The position numbers and the translations under genes were made by a program. From a virus (lineage: Duplodnaviria; Caudoviricetes), in the IMG/VR virus record IMGVR_UViG_3300033402_000012, positions 1 to 61,282 of that record: a stretch of DNA of 61,282 nucleotides, one strand, 5' to 3'. Each line of letters opens with the position of its first letter. Position 1 is the first letter of the stretch. Below are positions 35,898 to 45,857 of the stretch, piece after piece. The notes beneath the pieces were generated by a model. The model was not told where the DNA came from. It saw only the letters and a program-made list of their open reading frames with translations, and searched no databases.

Positions 35898-38342
35898 CTA
35901 ATTTTCATTTTTACCCCCAAAATTATAATCCTTTAGCTCACCCCAACTATCTCCGGGCGCTCCCACCTTAAATGCAGCAGGAATGGAGTATCCAGCCAAC
36001 TCAGGCCACGGCTGACTCATAGCTTTGTTCATACACAGCGCAACTTCATCTACTAAAGCCAATGGACACTCAACAAGCAAGGAGTCGTGAACTTGCAAAA
36101 CTAATCTAGCCGGATGTGGCAACGGCGCAAGTATTGGCGCAACCTTTCTTGCCAGTTCTTCAGGCCAACCAACTCTTTCATAATACAAAGCAATCATCGC
36201 CCGAAAACAAATATCCGCACCAGTGGATTGCGGGAAGAATCTGATACCCTCAGTGTATGCAGAATGTGACCAGAACCACCGTTTGCGGCCAAACACATTG
36301 GTTAGGACGCCTTCTCTGGCCGCTGCGTTACCAGCAGCCTCTTGCCAATCTGCCGACTTGCAATTGATAGTTCGCCAAAGAACTAGAAGGTCTTTAGCTT
36401 CTTTGGCCGGAATATCATATGTATCCGAAAGCTTTTTCCAACCCATCGCACCATCAGCGCCGTGATTGGTGTTCTTGGCTCGCTTATATTGCCAAGAACT
36501 CTTGTCTACTTCGCCTTCGGGGATGTTGTAGATTTTGGAACAGAGCCATTTGTGCTCATTGAAATCGGGATTCGCTAAACGTGAAAGACGTTCATCGTCA
36601 TTCGCATACCACGCCGCCAAACGGTTCTCAAGGCTTGAAAAGTCAGCCTCAATATAACACCAATCAGTGTGAGACGGGACGTATATATACCTAGCCTTTG
36701 TGGGAATGTTTTGAAGGTTAGGACCGGAAGAAGCGAGCCTCCCTGTGTTGGTACCGTGTACCAAGAAATTTGTATGTATTCTTCCTGCGGCAACTTGCTC
36801 ACTTTCATCACCATCCTGCAAGAACGTCCCAATCAATTCCTCCAAGGAACGAAGCTTGCGAAGTGTATCAATAGTCTTGTTGCCAGTCTGCCTATACAAC
36901 CGCTCCAAAGCGGTCTTATCTGTAGTTAAATGCTTTGTCTTACGATGTAGCTGTTTAGGAAGATGAAGGGTTTCATATAGATAACGCTCAATAACCTTCG
37001 GCGATTGCCAAGGGACAACTCCCTCAATTGACGGGACGTGGATGAACTTAATAGGTTTACCACTCTTGCCGAGTGTTCCTTCTGGCGCTCGCTCTCGCTT
37101 ACGAATTGGTTTGTCATAGGGTTGTAACTCCGGTGGAAGAGTGGCTTCCAGTTCCTTTAGCTCTGCAATGAATTTCTCACGGACCCGACCGAGCCTAGAC
37201 GCATCAACCTTGATGCCAGTCTCTTGCATCTTCTTGCAAATCTTGGCTAGGGGAACTTGGCAGTACTTGTACAAGTCTGTGAGCCGAAAAAACTCCATCA
37301 GAGGACGAAGCTGCTCATAAATTTGGCATGTAGCATCTACGTCACAGGCATTGTAATATGCCATATCCACAACATTCAAATGCTTCCAAGCAACCATCTG
37401 AGTGAAGATAGAAGCAATGAACTCAAGGTCATGCGGGGAATCAGGCTGAACAAGGTGGTGCATCAACATGATATCCCAAATCTGTGCGTCAGACTTTACT
37501 TTGATACCAGCTTCAGCAAGATGGTCTAAGTCAAACCCGATGATGTTCTGACCGACTACTTCTTCGGCTTCTTCAAATATCCTGCGGAGTTGAGAAATAT
37601 AGATGCCCCTAAACGGTACGACAATCGCTCGGTATGGACTATCGGTAATCCCCACCATAGTAATTTGATTGCTAAACCGATTTGTCTCAATGTCGAATAT
37701 AAGCGTTTTCGCATGGAAGTTCTCAAGTTCCTCCACTGTTGGCTGCAAGTTATAGTCTTGCGGTGGAACAGTCACACCCTTCTGAATATCCGAGATTGTT
37801 GCTGGAATCATGCTCTGGTCGCGCTGCAAGTAGGACGGATGCAGCATGGGCATGACAACTGGCTTAGTTTGTCCTATGAGTGGAAGAGGGGAGCCTCTCC
37901 ATTTAAAAATGCCCTCAGTCTTACCTGTGAGAACTCGGAGAGCTTTTTCTCCAATTGCATCAATTCGTTCCCACTGGCGTGACTCAAGAAGTGGTTTAAG
38001 ATATTTTGCATAGCAATGGCTGACTGTTTCTCGGCCTTCTTCTTCGGATATATAGCGACGCGCGGCGGGGTCAGTGGGATAGATGTTATCGGGAGGTCTA
38101 CAGCAAATGGTATTTGTGATTGTGATTTCATCCCTTGACACCCCTCCCTTTCTCCACAATGAGTTCATGGTCTTTCCACACGAACCCACCAATGGTTCAT
38201 CCAAGAGTTCTTCTTCAGCGCCACCAGCTTCGGCCACAGCTAGACGGAGGCTAGGACCCGTCTTTGGGTGGATGTAATTTCTTTCTGGAAACAGCCTAGC
38301 TAGTGGGCAGCCTTGGCAACCACTACATTCACGAACTTTCAT
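35898..38342 (-). CDS. polA: Family A DNA polymerase with N-terminal uracil-DNA-glycosylase-like domain and 3'-5' exonuclease
   Basis: CxxCPL, CCRPP, HPS (UDG-like); FDIET, N...FD, YNACD (exo); TGRLASSGPNLQNIP, DFSSLE.R, QVHDS (pol). Confidence 0.93.
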   Translation of the reverse strand: MKVRECSGCQGCPLARLFPERNYIHPKTGPSLRLAVAEAGGAEEELLDEPLVGSCGKTMNSLWRKGGVSRDEITITNTICCRPPDNIYPTDPAARRYISEEEGRETVSHCYAKYLKPLLESRQWERIDAIGEKALRVLTGKTEGIFKWRGSPLPLIGQTKPVVMPMLHPSYLQRDQSMIPATISDIQKGVTVPPQDYNLQPTVEELENFHAKTLIFDIETNRFSNQITMVGITDSPYRAIVVPFRGIYISQLRRIFEEAEEVVGQNIIGFDLDHLAEAGIKVKSDAQIWDIMLMHHLVQPDSPHDLEFIASIFTQMVAWKHLNVVDMAYYNACDVDATCQIYEQLRPLMEFFRLTDLYKYCQVPLAKICKKMQETGIKVDASRLGRVREKFIAELKELEATLPPELQPYDKPIRKRERAPEGTLGKSGKPIKFIHVPSIEGVVPWQSPKVIERYLYETLHLPKQLHRKTKHLTTDKTALERLYRQTGNKTIDTLRKLRSLEELIGTFLQDGDESEQVAAGRIHTNFLVHGTNTGRLASSGPNLQNIPTKARYIYVPSHTDWCYIEADFSSLENRLAAWYANDDERLSRLANPDFNEHKWLCSKIYNIPEGEVDKSSWQYKRAKNTNHGADGAMGWKKLSDTYDIPAKEAKDLLVLWRTINCKSADWQEAAGNAAAREGVLTNVFGRKRWFWSHSAYTEGIRFFPQSTGADICFRAMIALYYERVGWPEELARKVAPILAPLPHPARLVLQVHDSLLVECPLALVDEVALCMNKAMSQPWPELAGYSIPAAFKVGAPGDSWGELKDYNFGGKNEN

Positions 38343-38575
38343 TGAAGAGATGGATACATGCCATTACGATTTAGCCATATCTTACAAATTTCTTTCATGG
38401 CCTTGGGGCTGATAAACTTGCAACCAAACTTCATCCCGTTGTCATCTGCTGTGACAACAATAGGAACCATCCTTCCGTTTTCTTTCAGTAGAAAGAGTTC
38501 TTTTTCATAGTCAACATCAAAACGACTGATTTGAGTTGGGTCAGCTATGCACATCAATCCCTCTCTTCTTCGCAC
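38339..38575 (-). CDS. Hypothetical protein
   Basis: Coupled to the polymerase start. Confidence 0.5.
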   Translation of the reverse strand: MRRREGLMCIADPTQISRFDVDYEKELFLLKENGRMVPIVVTADDNGMKFGCKFISPKAMKEICKIWLNRNGMYPSLQ

Positions 38576-38825
38576 AACTCTTGCACATCTTCCAACCGCT
38601 TTCGTCTATAAAGACCTTGCGGACTTTCTTGTGGCAATCGAAACACCAGCCACCGTGTTTGACGACGCAGAAATTAGGAACCCTTTTTGTGTTTGAAATA
38701 TTCAACAATTCGGAGTCGTTTTGCGGCGGCTTCTCTGGTTTTGAAGGGTCCGCCAAGATTTTTGTGTTGTCCACTTTTATCCTTCGACTCTGCGACAACG
38801 TGGTATCCATCACTTCGTTTGACAA
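38541..38825 (-). CDS. Hypothetical Zn-finger protein
   Basis: C...H, CxxC, CxxC. Confidence 0.5.
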   Translation of the reverse strand: MSNEVMDTTLSQSRRIKVDNTKILADPSKPEKPPQNDSELLNISNTKRVPNFCVVKHGGWCFDCHKKVRKVFIDESGWKMCKSCAKKRGIDVHS

Positions 38826-38844
38826 TCACAGTACAGTCTCCATA

Positions 38845-38878
38845 AAGAAAAACTAGGGGAGTAGTTGCCTACTCCCCA
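38845..38878 (-). terminator. Intrinsic terminator after the SSB-like gene
   Basis: GGGGAGTAG-GCAA-CTACTCCCC then TAGTTTTTCTT on the - strand. Confidence 0.75.
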
Positions 38879-38896
38879 TTGTTAACGCACGGGAAA

Positions 38897-39340
38897 TTAC
38901 GCTGAAGGGGAGACGGTAAAAATCCCAAAGTGCGTGTTACTAACCGTTTGCCCATTCTTGACATATGTGTTGTCCAACATAGATGCTCGAATGCGAGCAC
39001 ATGCGCTAGACGCCACACGGTTGAGATAAGTCTTGGGGTCTTCACCCGGAAGGGAATCGGTCCCAAGAGCAACCTCTAGTTTCTTGAGCGCCTGACCGCT
39101 CCACTTCAAAGACTTACCTTCCTTCGTTGTGGCAGTTGGGTCAGGGTAATTCACAAACACTGGCCTACCCGCGAAGTCGCCCTCAACAACATCGAATCTC
39201 ACATTCAACTCTTCGATGTTGGTGTTTGGGTTAGTGCGATACTCTGCGCCGGGTTGTAGTTGAAAAACATAGTCACCAATGGGAACTGGTGCTGGTTTCT
39301 CAAGAACAATGTCCGACACTTTGACATCTACGAAGCCCAT
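38897..39340 (-). CDS. DUF669-like ssDNA-binding protein
   Basis: PVPIGDY...FDVVEGDFAGRPVF OB-fold pattern; near the AAA_24 gene. Confidence 0.7.
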   Translation of the reverse strand: MGFVDVKVSDIVLEKPAPVPIGDYVFQLQPGAEYRTNPNTNIEELNVRFDVVEGDFAGRPVFVNYPDPTATTKEGKSLKWSGQALKKLEVALGTDSLPGEDPKTYLNRVASSACARIRASMLDNTYVKNGQTVSNTHFGIFTVSPSA

Positions 39341-39379
39341 CTAGTACCTCCATATGGATTGATTTACTGCGGACGGAAC

Positions 39380-39454
39380 TGGTTGCGGGTCTAGGAGTTG
39401 CACACTAGCTTTCATGGTTATGAGCCACGCGTGACACTGGTTCACTTACCCGCT
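39380..39454 (-). tRNA. tRNA-Met(CAU), initiator-like, atypical T arm
   Basis: AGCGGGT/ACCCGCA acceptor with 1:72 mismatch, GTGA/TCAC D stem, CTCATAA loop, encoded ACCA. Confidence 0.75.
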
Positions 39455-39467
39455 GAAAAGGAACTAT

Positions 39468-39587
39468 CTAACGACGGGGAAAATTTTCAATAAGCCATCT
39501 TGTTTCTTTTAATCCCCATTTGTAATATCTATAAAGTCCATAAATAAAAGCTACTAACAGTATAATAGCAAGAATTGGATGTTTCAT
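39468..39587 (-). CDS. 39-aa membrane peptide (MKHPILAIILLVAFIYG...)
   Basis: Read manually; GGAGG RBS; one TM segment. Confidence 0.55.
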   Translation of the reverse strand: MKHPILAIILLVAFIYGLYRYYKWGLKETRWLIENFPRR

Positions 39588-39717
39588 CTATCCTCCAAAA
39601 ACAAATTGAGAGAGAAGCCTTCAAGTGCCGTCATCCCTATCCAGGGACGCCACCCGCTGAGTCGTCAGGGTCAGGACGTTGCTCAGGCTTATCCGGCCAG
39701 CTTCTCTCTCAAACTCA

Positions 39718-40539
39718 CTAAACTTTATGTTCATCCAACCACTTTTGATAAGCAGCTTGCGCCCTTGCGAGAATCCACGGGAACGTGCCTTCACCTGTAC
39801 GATAGTCTACAATGACTTCAGGTGGAAGGAAGCTGACATTATCTTCAAGATTCAAACGATTCTTGGCAATGATTCCATTGCCGGGATTGTTGGTTAGATA
39901 GAAATATTGTGTGTATCTACTCTTTGCGTCTTTGGGGTCACGCAGAACTTGGCGTGTTCGAGTGCAGAGTACAATATCAAACATCGCGGTTGAACCAAGA
40001 AACATCTGTCCCGGCAAATCAGGCCCAACAAGAGTCTCGGTCTGCATACTCTCTGAATCGGGTTTATCAACACGCAAGGTTGCTGTGGTGATAACGTGCT
40101 TGTCTTGGTCAAGCAGCTTACGCAAGAGCTTCCTAGTTAACTCTGCCATTGTGCCGTAATCATCTAACTCTGGCACTCCAAGAGAACGCTTTTGTGATTC
40201 CCCCCTAGCTCGCGGCATGGAAAGCGCCTTATCTTTAATGAAAGTCTTTTCCATGTCACTCAAGGAATCCAACCCTATCGAGTCTTTATCCTTGAACACA
40301 GAGCCACTACAGAAAGCATCGAAGTCCGAATAGGACTCTAAATCTACGTAATCAAACTCTTTCGCCGCGACACTTAGCAATCCCTTTCCATGTCCTGTCT
40401 CACATACCCCCGCGCCAAGATTCGGCGCTGAACCCATAAAAGAAGTCTTACCGCTACCGGGGAATCCAAATATCAAAATCTTCAACTTTAGATTATCCGG
40501 TTGAATCAAGTCCCTAGAGTGCTTGATTACTAAACTCAT
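39718..40539 (-). CDS. AAA_24/Sak4-like ATPase (recombinase)
   Basis: GFPGSGKTS, LDSLS, DYG, FDIV, AKNR; ATG at 40539 with GGAGG. Confidence 0.85.
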   Translation of the reverse strand: MSLVIKHSRDLIQPDNLKLKILIFGFPGSGKTSFMGSAPNLGAGVCETGHGKGLLSVAAKEFDYVDLESYSDFDAFCSGSVFKDKDSIGLDSLSDMEKTFIKDKALSMPRARGESQKRSLGVPELDDYGTMAELTRKLLRKLLDQDKHVITTATLRVDKPDSESMQTETLVGPDLPGQMFLGSTAMFDIVLCTRTRQVLRDPKDAKSRYTQYFYLTNNPGNGIIAKNRLNLEDNVSFLPPEVIVDYRTGEGTFPWILARAQAAYQKWLDEHKV

Positions 40540-40937
40540 GTGCCTCCGTTTGATTTGGGGAAGGTGGACCGCACCCATTCGTCATAGGCTTTATCCCTCT
40601 GCGCGGTTTCTTCCGGTGACTCCATTAGGTTGACGAAGAACTCTTCTGTAAGTGCTTTGATTTCATTAAGATACCTTGGTCTGAGACACAATCTATCCGG
40701 CGCATATCTACTCAAGGTAAACCCTTTCTTTTCAGTGGGTTAGCAGCCGCCCCGTAAGGACGCGCTCTGAAGCGCATTTTCCTACGGGGCGTAGTTTCAA
40801 ACAGGCCCGATTTAACGGGTACATATGAGGGTGCCGTATTGCATAGCCGACGGTCAGAGCAGCGACACCCTCTTTAGTGGACTCACAGTTGACCTCAATT
40901 GGCCTAATTGTGCCACTTTCGATTAGAAGCAACAAGC

Positions 40938-40979
40938 GCTTCTATATAGAAGCACAGTTGAGACAGCCAAAAAGTCACA
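40938..40979 (-). promoter_or_regulatory. Conserved promoter-like motif, copy 1 (replication operon)
   Basis: TGTGACTTTTTG-N5-CTCAACTGTGCT-N6-TAGAAGC, matches 59136-59177. Confidence 0.75.
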
Positions 40980-41054
40980 TTTTAAGTGTCTGATAGCAAG
41001 CAACTTAACCTTTTCAGAAAGTGCGGAAATTTGGTCACACAGAAAACAAAGCAC

Positions 41055-41792
41055 TTATGGTAGTGGGATTTCTTTGATAACCAGATAATCCGGCGTAGCA
41101 AATACAGTCTTGCCCCCAATGTTACACTTATAGGTCCCATCCTTCTCTCGCTTCATTTCCAACACCCGCTCGCCGTCAACTGTATAGACCACTTCGCGGA
41201 ACTGACGCATCTTAGGAACTAATCGACTCCATCGCATCTTCGCAGCGGATAGCTTAATCCCCAACTGGTCAGACGCTTCCTTCAATGAAAATCCTTCCCA
41301 CATCAATCGGAACAGTCGTTGGTCTTCAAGGGATAGAGACGCCAAGACAGCTTTCAATTTTTCGGGAAGTGCTCTTGAAATGGCATCAGAGGGCTGGTCA
41401 TGCTTGATTAAGTCGAGAGGGACTAACGCCTCACTTTCGTAGTTTTGGTGGTCATAGGCGTTGCGGACAGTGTTATTGATGATTGTGATTACCCACTTGT
41501 TAAAGGGTTCCGGGCGTGCGGAGTCCCAAGTGTTTAAGCCTTCCAACACTTTAAGCATTGAATCTTGAGCAAGGTCCTGATTGAAGTCTCGCCACGGAAA
41601 AAATCCCTTTTCTACATTGGCGCGAGTATAGCGGTGAGTAAACGTGAGAAGATACTGCCCAAGAGTTTCGTAATTAGAAGCAGACGGCTCGGCTCGGTAC
41701 AACTCCATTGCTTTATCAAGCAAACCCGCTTCGTCTAGGTCTGGAAATTGCTCCGACAAATCTTCTGGAAAAATCTGCATTGCATATGACAT
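41055..41792 (-). CDS. ECF-type sigma-70 factor
   Basis: Region 2 DLAQDSMLKV...FNKWVITIINN; region 4 EGFSLKEASDQLGIKLSAAKMRWSR. Confidence 0.88.
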   Translation of the reverse strand: MSYAMQIFPEDLSEQFPDLDEAGLLDKAMELYRAEPSASNYETLGQYLLTFTHRYTRANVEKGFFPWRDFNQDLAQDSMLKVLEGLNTWDSARPEPFNKWVITIINNTVRNAYDHQNYESEALVPLDLIKHDQPSDAISRALPEKLKAVLASLSLEDQRLFRLMWEGFSLKEASDQLGIKLSAAKMRWSRLVPKMRQFREVVYTVDGERVLEMKREKDGTYKCNIGGKTVFATPDYLVIKEIPLP

Positions 41793-41809
41793 CTATGATT
41801 GCCTTTCTA

Positions 41810-42373
41810 CTACTTTATTCCCCGCGCAAAATACTTATCGGGGTGGGAAACAAATTTATCAAATTCTACGGGCATATAATTTGTGTATTCAATTGCAAAC
41901 AACCGCTGCCAATCATTTTTTAATCTTTTGGTATCTTTTGAGCTAGGACCTAATTCAGGAGCCATAGGGTCATGGGGATTAAATCCATGCCAGATATTGT
42001 GAAGATGCCCGTGAATATTCAAATCGCACCCACTGGCGCGAGAGGTATCAGGTTCGTGAGTTAACCAACAGTTACGGAATCGCATTCCATCGCACGCAAA
42101 GTCAAACCCATGTTCCATCCACCAAGCACAGGAATGTTTTCTATCGTGGTTGCCACGAACGAGAATCCAGCGACCCGGAAGGTTTTCGCGGATGTGGAAC
42201 CAATCCTGTTTGTTGCCAATAAAAACGTCGCCAAGATGAATGGTCACATCCTCTGGCTTTAATATCTGCTTACAGTTCCTTACAATTCTCCATGTGAAGT
42301 CTTCGGGTCTTTGGCAATAGGTGGCGATATTACCGTGATTGAAATGAGTGTCGGCGATAAAATAAGTGTTCAT
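41810..42373 (-). CDS. Metallophosphoesterase
   Basis: ADTHF.H, HLGD, GNHD, THEP, HGHLH. Confidence 0.9.
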   Translation of the reverse strand: MNTYFIADTHFNHGNIATYCQRPEDFTWRIVRNCKQILKPEDVTIHLGDVFIGNKQDWFHIRENLPGRWILVRGNHDRKHSCAWWMEHGFDFACDGMRFRNCWLTHEPDTSRASGCDLNIHGHLHNIWHGFNPHDPMAPELGPSSKDTKRLKNDWQRLFAIEYTNYMPVEFDKFVSHPDKYFARGIK

Positions 42374-42654
42374 TGTATCTTGGCCTTTAACCCTTTGCCA
42401 GCCTTAAACTTAACTATCCGCGTTGCAGGCAAGTCAATCGTTCTCCCATCTGAAAGATGCTTCGTCCATGCCCTCTTTTCAACGATGTGAAAAATCCCGA
42501 AGTGGGGAATCATCACCCGCTCTCCGGCGCGCAACATATCCTTTATATATGCAAATGTCAAATCCACCACTTCCCGCGCGTCGAACAGGGAGAGTTCACA
42601 GCGTTTGCAGAGTTCAACTACTAGGTCGGCTTTGGTCAAAACCTGTCTCCCCAT
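42370..42654 (-). CDS. HU/IHF-family DNA-binding protein
   Basis: TKADLV, GERVMIPHFGIF, VKFKAGKGLK. Confidence 0.9.
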   Translation of the reverse strand: MGRQVLTKADLVVELCKRCELSLFDAREVVDLTFAYIKDMLRAGERVMIPHFGIFHIVEKRAWTKHLSDGRTIDLPATRIVKFKAGKGLKAKIQ

Positions 42655-42920
42655 TCATCGTCATCAGGAGAAAAAGAAAAAGCATCCTCCCAATGGTCGT
42701 CCTCACCGTATCCATAAGCCATTTCTGCTTCATACTCAATATCTTGCTGGTCTTTCTTCTTCTGCGCTAAACTCCGTAGACGGACGGATAGCTTAAAAGA
42801 AGTAACATTCTCATGCGCCCATAACAGGTAACTTGCGTTCTCGCGCAACACAAATGAAATGGTTTTACCTTTGTACTTCCCAAAGGGCATCACATATTTA
42901 AGGTCGTTAATGGGTATCAT
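42636..42920 (-). CDS. DUF3820/ExoX-C-terminal-like protein
   Basis: MPFGKYKGKTI......SYLLW. Confidence 0.7.
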   Translation of the reverse strand: MIPINDLKYVMPFGKYKGKTISFVLRENASYLLWAHENVTSFKLSVRLRSLAQKKKDQQDIEYEAEMAYGYGEDDHWEDAFSFSPDDDEWGDRF

Positions 42921-44263
42921 TTTGTGCGCTCAACCAACTCCACCAACGTCTGATACGGGAAGTGATAGATGAAATTATACTTCCCATTTTCTATCACCGT
43001 GTCAATATTGAACGGAAGCTTGAACGTCTGGCACAAGATGGACAACTGTAAGTCGTCCATTTCCAATGAGTTACGAAGTTTCTCACCTTCAGTTTGAAAC
43101 ACAGTGGCATCCTCCTCTTCTATCATCTTAAACGGAATAACTTGATTCATGGTCATTTACATAATCCTCCTGTTCTAAGGACCCGTTACGGGTGGCTAGA
43201 GATTGTGGTCGAAAGACATCAGACCATGTGCCGCTGCGTCTGTACCTAGCAATGGCGTCGAGCAAACGTGTGCGAGCCTCTAGGATTCGTCCAGCTTGTG
43301 ATTCACGCTCCTGTTTCTTGCCTTCTTCAATTCCAAGTCGAATCCCTGCTTCACGACCACTAGCATAGGATTCTGTGCGTGCAATATCTATTCGTCGTTT
43401 CAACCACTTTGTTGTTATCTTCATTTCTCCCCTATCTTAGTGTGGCTTTAACCCTCTCCGACCTAACTTTGTCTCGGAATGTGAAAGCCATACGGTTACT
43501 TGTGAACTCAAACTCAATCTCACCCACATCCTCTTTAAAGCAATAACCATAGCCGACATCAATGCCGTGGAGTTTTTTGGAGAGTGCCACTATCTCTTCC
43601 ACTAATTCTGGGTCGTAACCCTTGTATTCTACGATTACATAGATTTTCATTTCTCTCCTACGCGAAAGACTCTTCCACAAACCCAAGAATCTCCGCAATC
43701 AATAGAACCACAAATATAACTGCCACTATCCCCGGCGCTAAGGCTGCTCCGATTAGATATGCGACACATCTTCCGGTGCTCTTAGCGTAAGAGAATGTTT
43801 TGTGTGTGAAGAACAATTAGCCTCCTTATTTCCAAACCCATCCACACTTGCACTTCACCGGATAATCCGGTGGGTCATGTTTATACATCTTCTCCCCGCA
43901 AACCGGACAATACCGCTCCCAACAATCGTGCTTATCAGGGTCGCAGGGTTCTTTGCTGTCGTTATTTGGCATACCTTACGAAACTCCGACATATAATGCA
44001 AATCCACACAGGCATCCCGTTGTTCCACTTGAGAATACAACTTCTTTCTTTTTTACATTCCTTACAGTAAGCTATTATTCTCATAGAATCCATACAATTC
44101 TGTGGGGTCTTTCATGTTCAAGTGACTCCCACAGTTGATGCTGTTGCAATGTGTATTCATGGGCGTCACACTCATAGAACGTCCGGCCATCATCGTCCCT
44201 GCAAGCCACCTGTAAGTCTTGAGGAAGCTTCTTCAAGATTTTAATAAAATCACTAACCTTCAT
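42917..44263 (-). other. Run of small hypothetical ORFs (42917-43156, 43128-43424, 43432-43650, 44081-44263 and others)
   Basis: Co-directional, tightly packed, purine-rich RBSs. Confidence 0.55.
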
Positions 44264-44450
44264 CTTTCTTGTCCTTTTTCACAACCGATAAATCCTCAAA
44301 GTTTTCAATCTTATCAAATCCATAGTGGAGGTAAGCATGCCCCCCATCCACGAATATCGCTCCACACTTGCACGATACCCAATCATGGCGGAATGTGCTT
44401 TCAATCACATCCCCGCACTTCTTACATCTTGCTGCGTTTTTGATTATCAC
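44253..44450 (-). CDS. Small Zn-ribbon protein
   Basis: NAARCKKCGDVIES..RHD...CKCG...VDGG, a widespread phage family. Confidence 0.75.
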   Translation of the reverse strand: MIIKNAARCKKCGDVIESTFRHDWVSCKCGAIFVDGGHAYLHYGFDKIENFEDLSVVKKDKKDEG

Positions 44451-44833
44451 TCTTCTCCTCCATTTCCCTTTGGTACTTCAACATTGTCCGGCACACATCA
44501 CAAATCCAAACAGGGTCGCCTCTGTTGAACTTCAAGACCGCCCATCTATCCTTTTTACAATCGGGACACCACAAATTTTTCTCTCCTAAACGACAATACA
44601 TACCACCCCCAAAGGGTCCCTAGACCCCTAACTTCTCTTCTATTCTTGCAATCTGAATGTCCAATCCAAGCCACTCCTGCATGGCCGCAAGTATGGCGAC
44701 ACTTTGTCTCGCTTTCCATCGCAGCCACAACCTCCAAAAGAGCCAATCTTCAATTCGAGTAAGCATATCTATCCTAAGCCTCCAAAAATTTTTGCGGCGC
44801 AACATTATTATATTATATGGTGCTGCTGCGGCG

Positions 44834-45643
44834 CTAAAGAGCCTTGAGATACTCCTTTCTTTTCTGGAATTTATTCTCCAAAATTTCGTTCGACCATCCG
44901 TAAGTATGCGGCTGATAGAAGTCACACGGCCCCCAAGTATAACATTCTTCACGGTTTGACGGCCAATCGCCCTTCGGCCACCTATCTTCCATCGCTTCAA
45001 TCTGGTCAGCGATGAATGTGATGTCTCTCACAGCCGTGTCAATCTGTTCCTGTGTGCGCTCTAGCTTCTGCCGTTCAGGGAATGTTGGGGGAACCAATCC
45101 CTTTTCACTCGGACGGACAAGAATGTTCACGAAGAAATTAGACGGCTTCACGCCATAAATTTGTTCTGCGGCCCACAAATAGAGAGAGGCTTGGTCCCTT
45201 GCCGCCCACTTCATAGGATGATTGGTCTTGGCGGCGCGGGACTGGAATTTGTGGTCGATGATAAAATTGGTAAAGTCTTCTTTTGCATTGAACCCAACTA
45301 AGTCAATTTTTCCTGTGTAGATATGTGTGGAATTTGGCAAAGGAATTTCAAATACCCGTTCAATATCCATGATTTGAAACTCTTCTTTGGGATACTTAAC
45401 CTTATACAACTGCACAATCCACTGTGCCTCACGTTCAAGTGCGTCATTCGGACTCGGCGGATAGAGTGAAGTTCCCTTATACCACTCTTCCAACAACTCA
45501 TGTCCTCTTGCGCCTAACTCAATTGGAGAATATCCTTCAGTCTCTACTCGCTTGGGTTCAAGGCCACCATTGCGAACATACGACTCAAAATAAAGTGGAG
45601 GGCATGTTCGGAATTTGTTCGCTCTACTGTTGTCAATCTTCAT
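44834..45643 (-). CDS. PD-(D/E)XK (Cas4/RecB-like) exonuclease
   Basis: TCP, G..GHELLE, GKIDL, IDHK, QASLY, C-terminal C....CDF. Confidence 0.85.
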   Translation of the reverse strand: MKIDNSRANKFRTCPPLYFESYVRNGGLEPKRVETEGYSPIELGARGHELLEEWYKGTSLYPPSPNDALEREAQWIVQLYKVKYPKEEFQIMDIERVFEIPLPNSTHIYTGKIDLVGFNAKEDFTNFIIDHKFQSRAAKTNHPMKWAARDQASLYLWAAEQIYGVKPSNFFVNILVRPSEKGLVPPTFPERQKLERTQEQIDTAVRDITFIADQIEAMEDRWPKGDWPSNREECYTWGPCDFYQPHTYGWSNEILENKFQKRKEYLKAL

Positions 45644-45857
45644 TTAACTCCTTCACTTTCATTACACTCCCAATTGGAATTGCAAGTGGATTCAATGTAC
45701 CCCCATTCTCATTCATTGTCCCTGCAACTTCCACCATTACACTATCCACATGCGTCACATACCCCACAGACTTAATCAAAGGCAATGGAGTAATTGCATT
45801 TTTATCATGTCTCCAACCGCCCTCAAATGCTGAGTCGCGCCAATATATAATTGCCAA
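45633..45857 (-). CDS. Small beta-barrel protein
   Basis: W.DS...SVGY...IPIGSV pattern. Confidence 0.55.
   Translation of the reverse strand: MAIIYWRDSAFEGGWRHDKNAITPLPLIKSVGYVTHVDSVMVEVAGTMNENGGTLNPLAIPIGSVMKVKELNED

Noticed and set aside
39655-39670. Third hammerhead (CUGACGA on the - strand)
   Set aside because: No matching GAAA and stem arrangement; other CUGANGA hits (for example 42661, 58142) lie in ORFs without the required stems
44834-45643. CRISPR-associated Cas4
   Set aside because: No array or other cas genes; fits the common phage exonuclease, Sak4 and SSB recombination set
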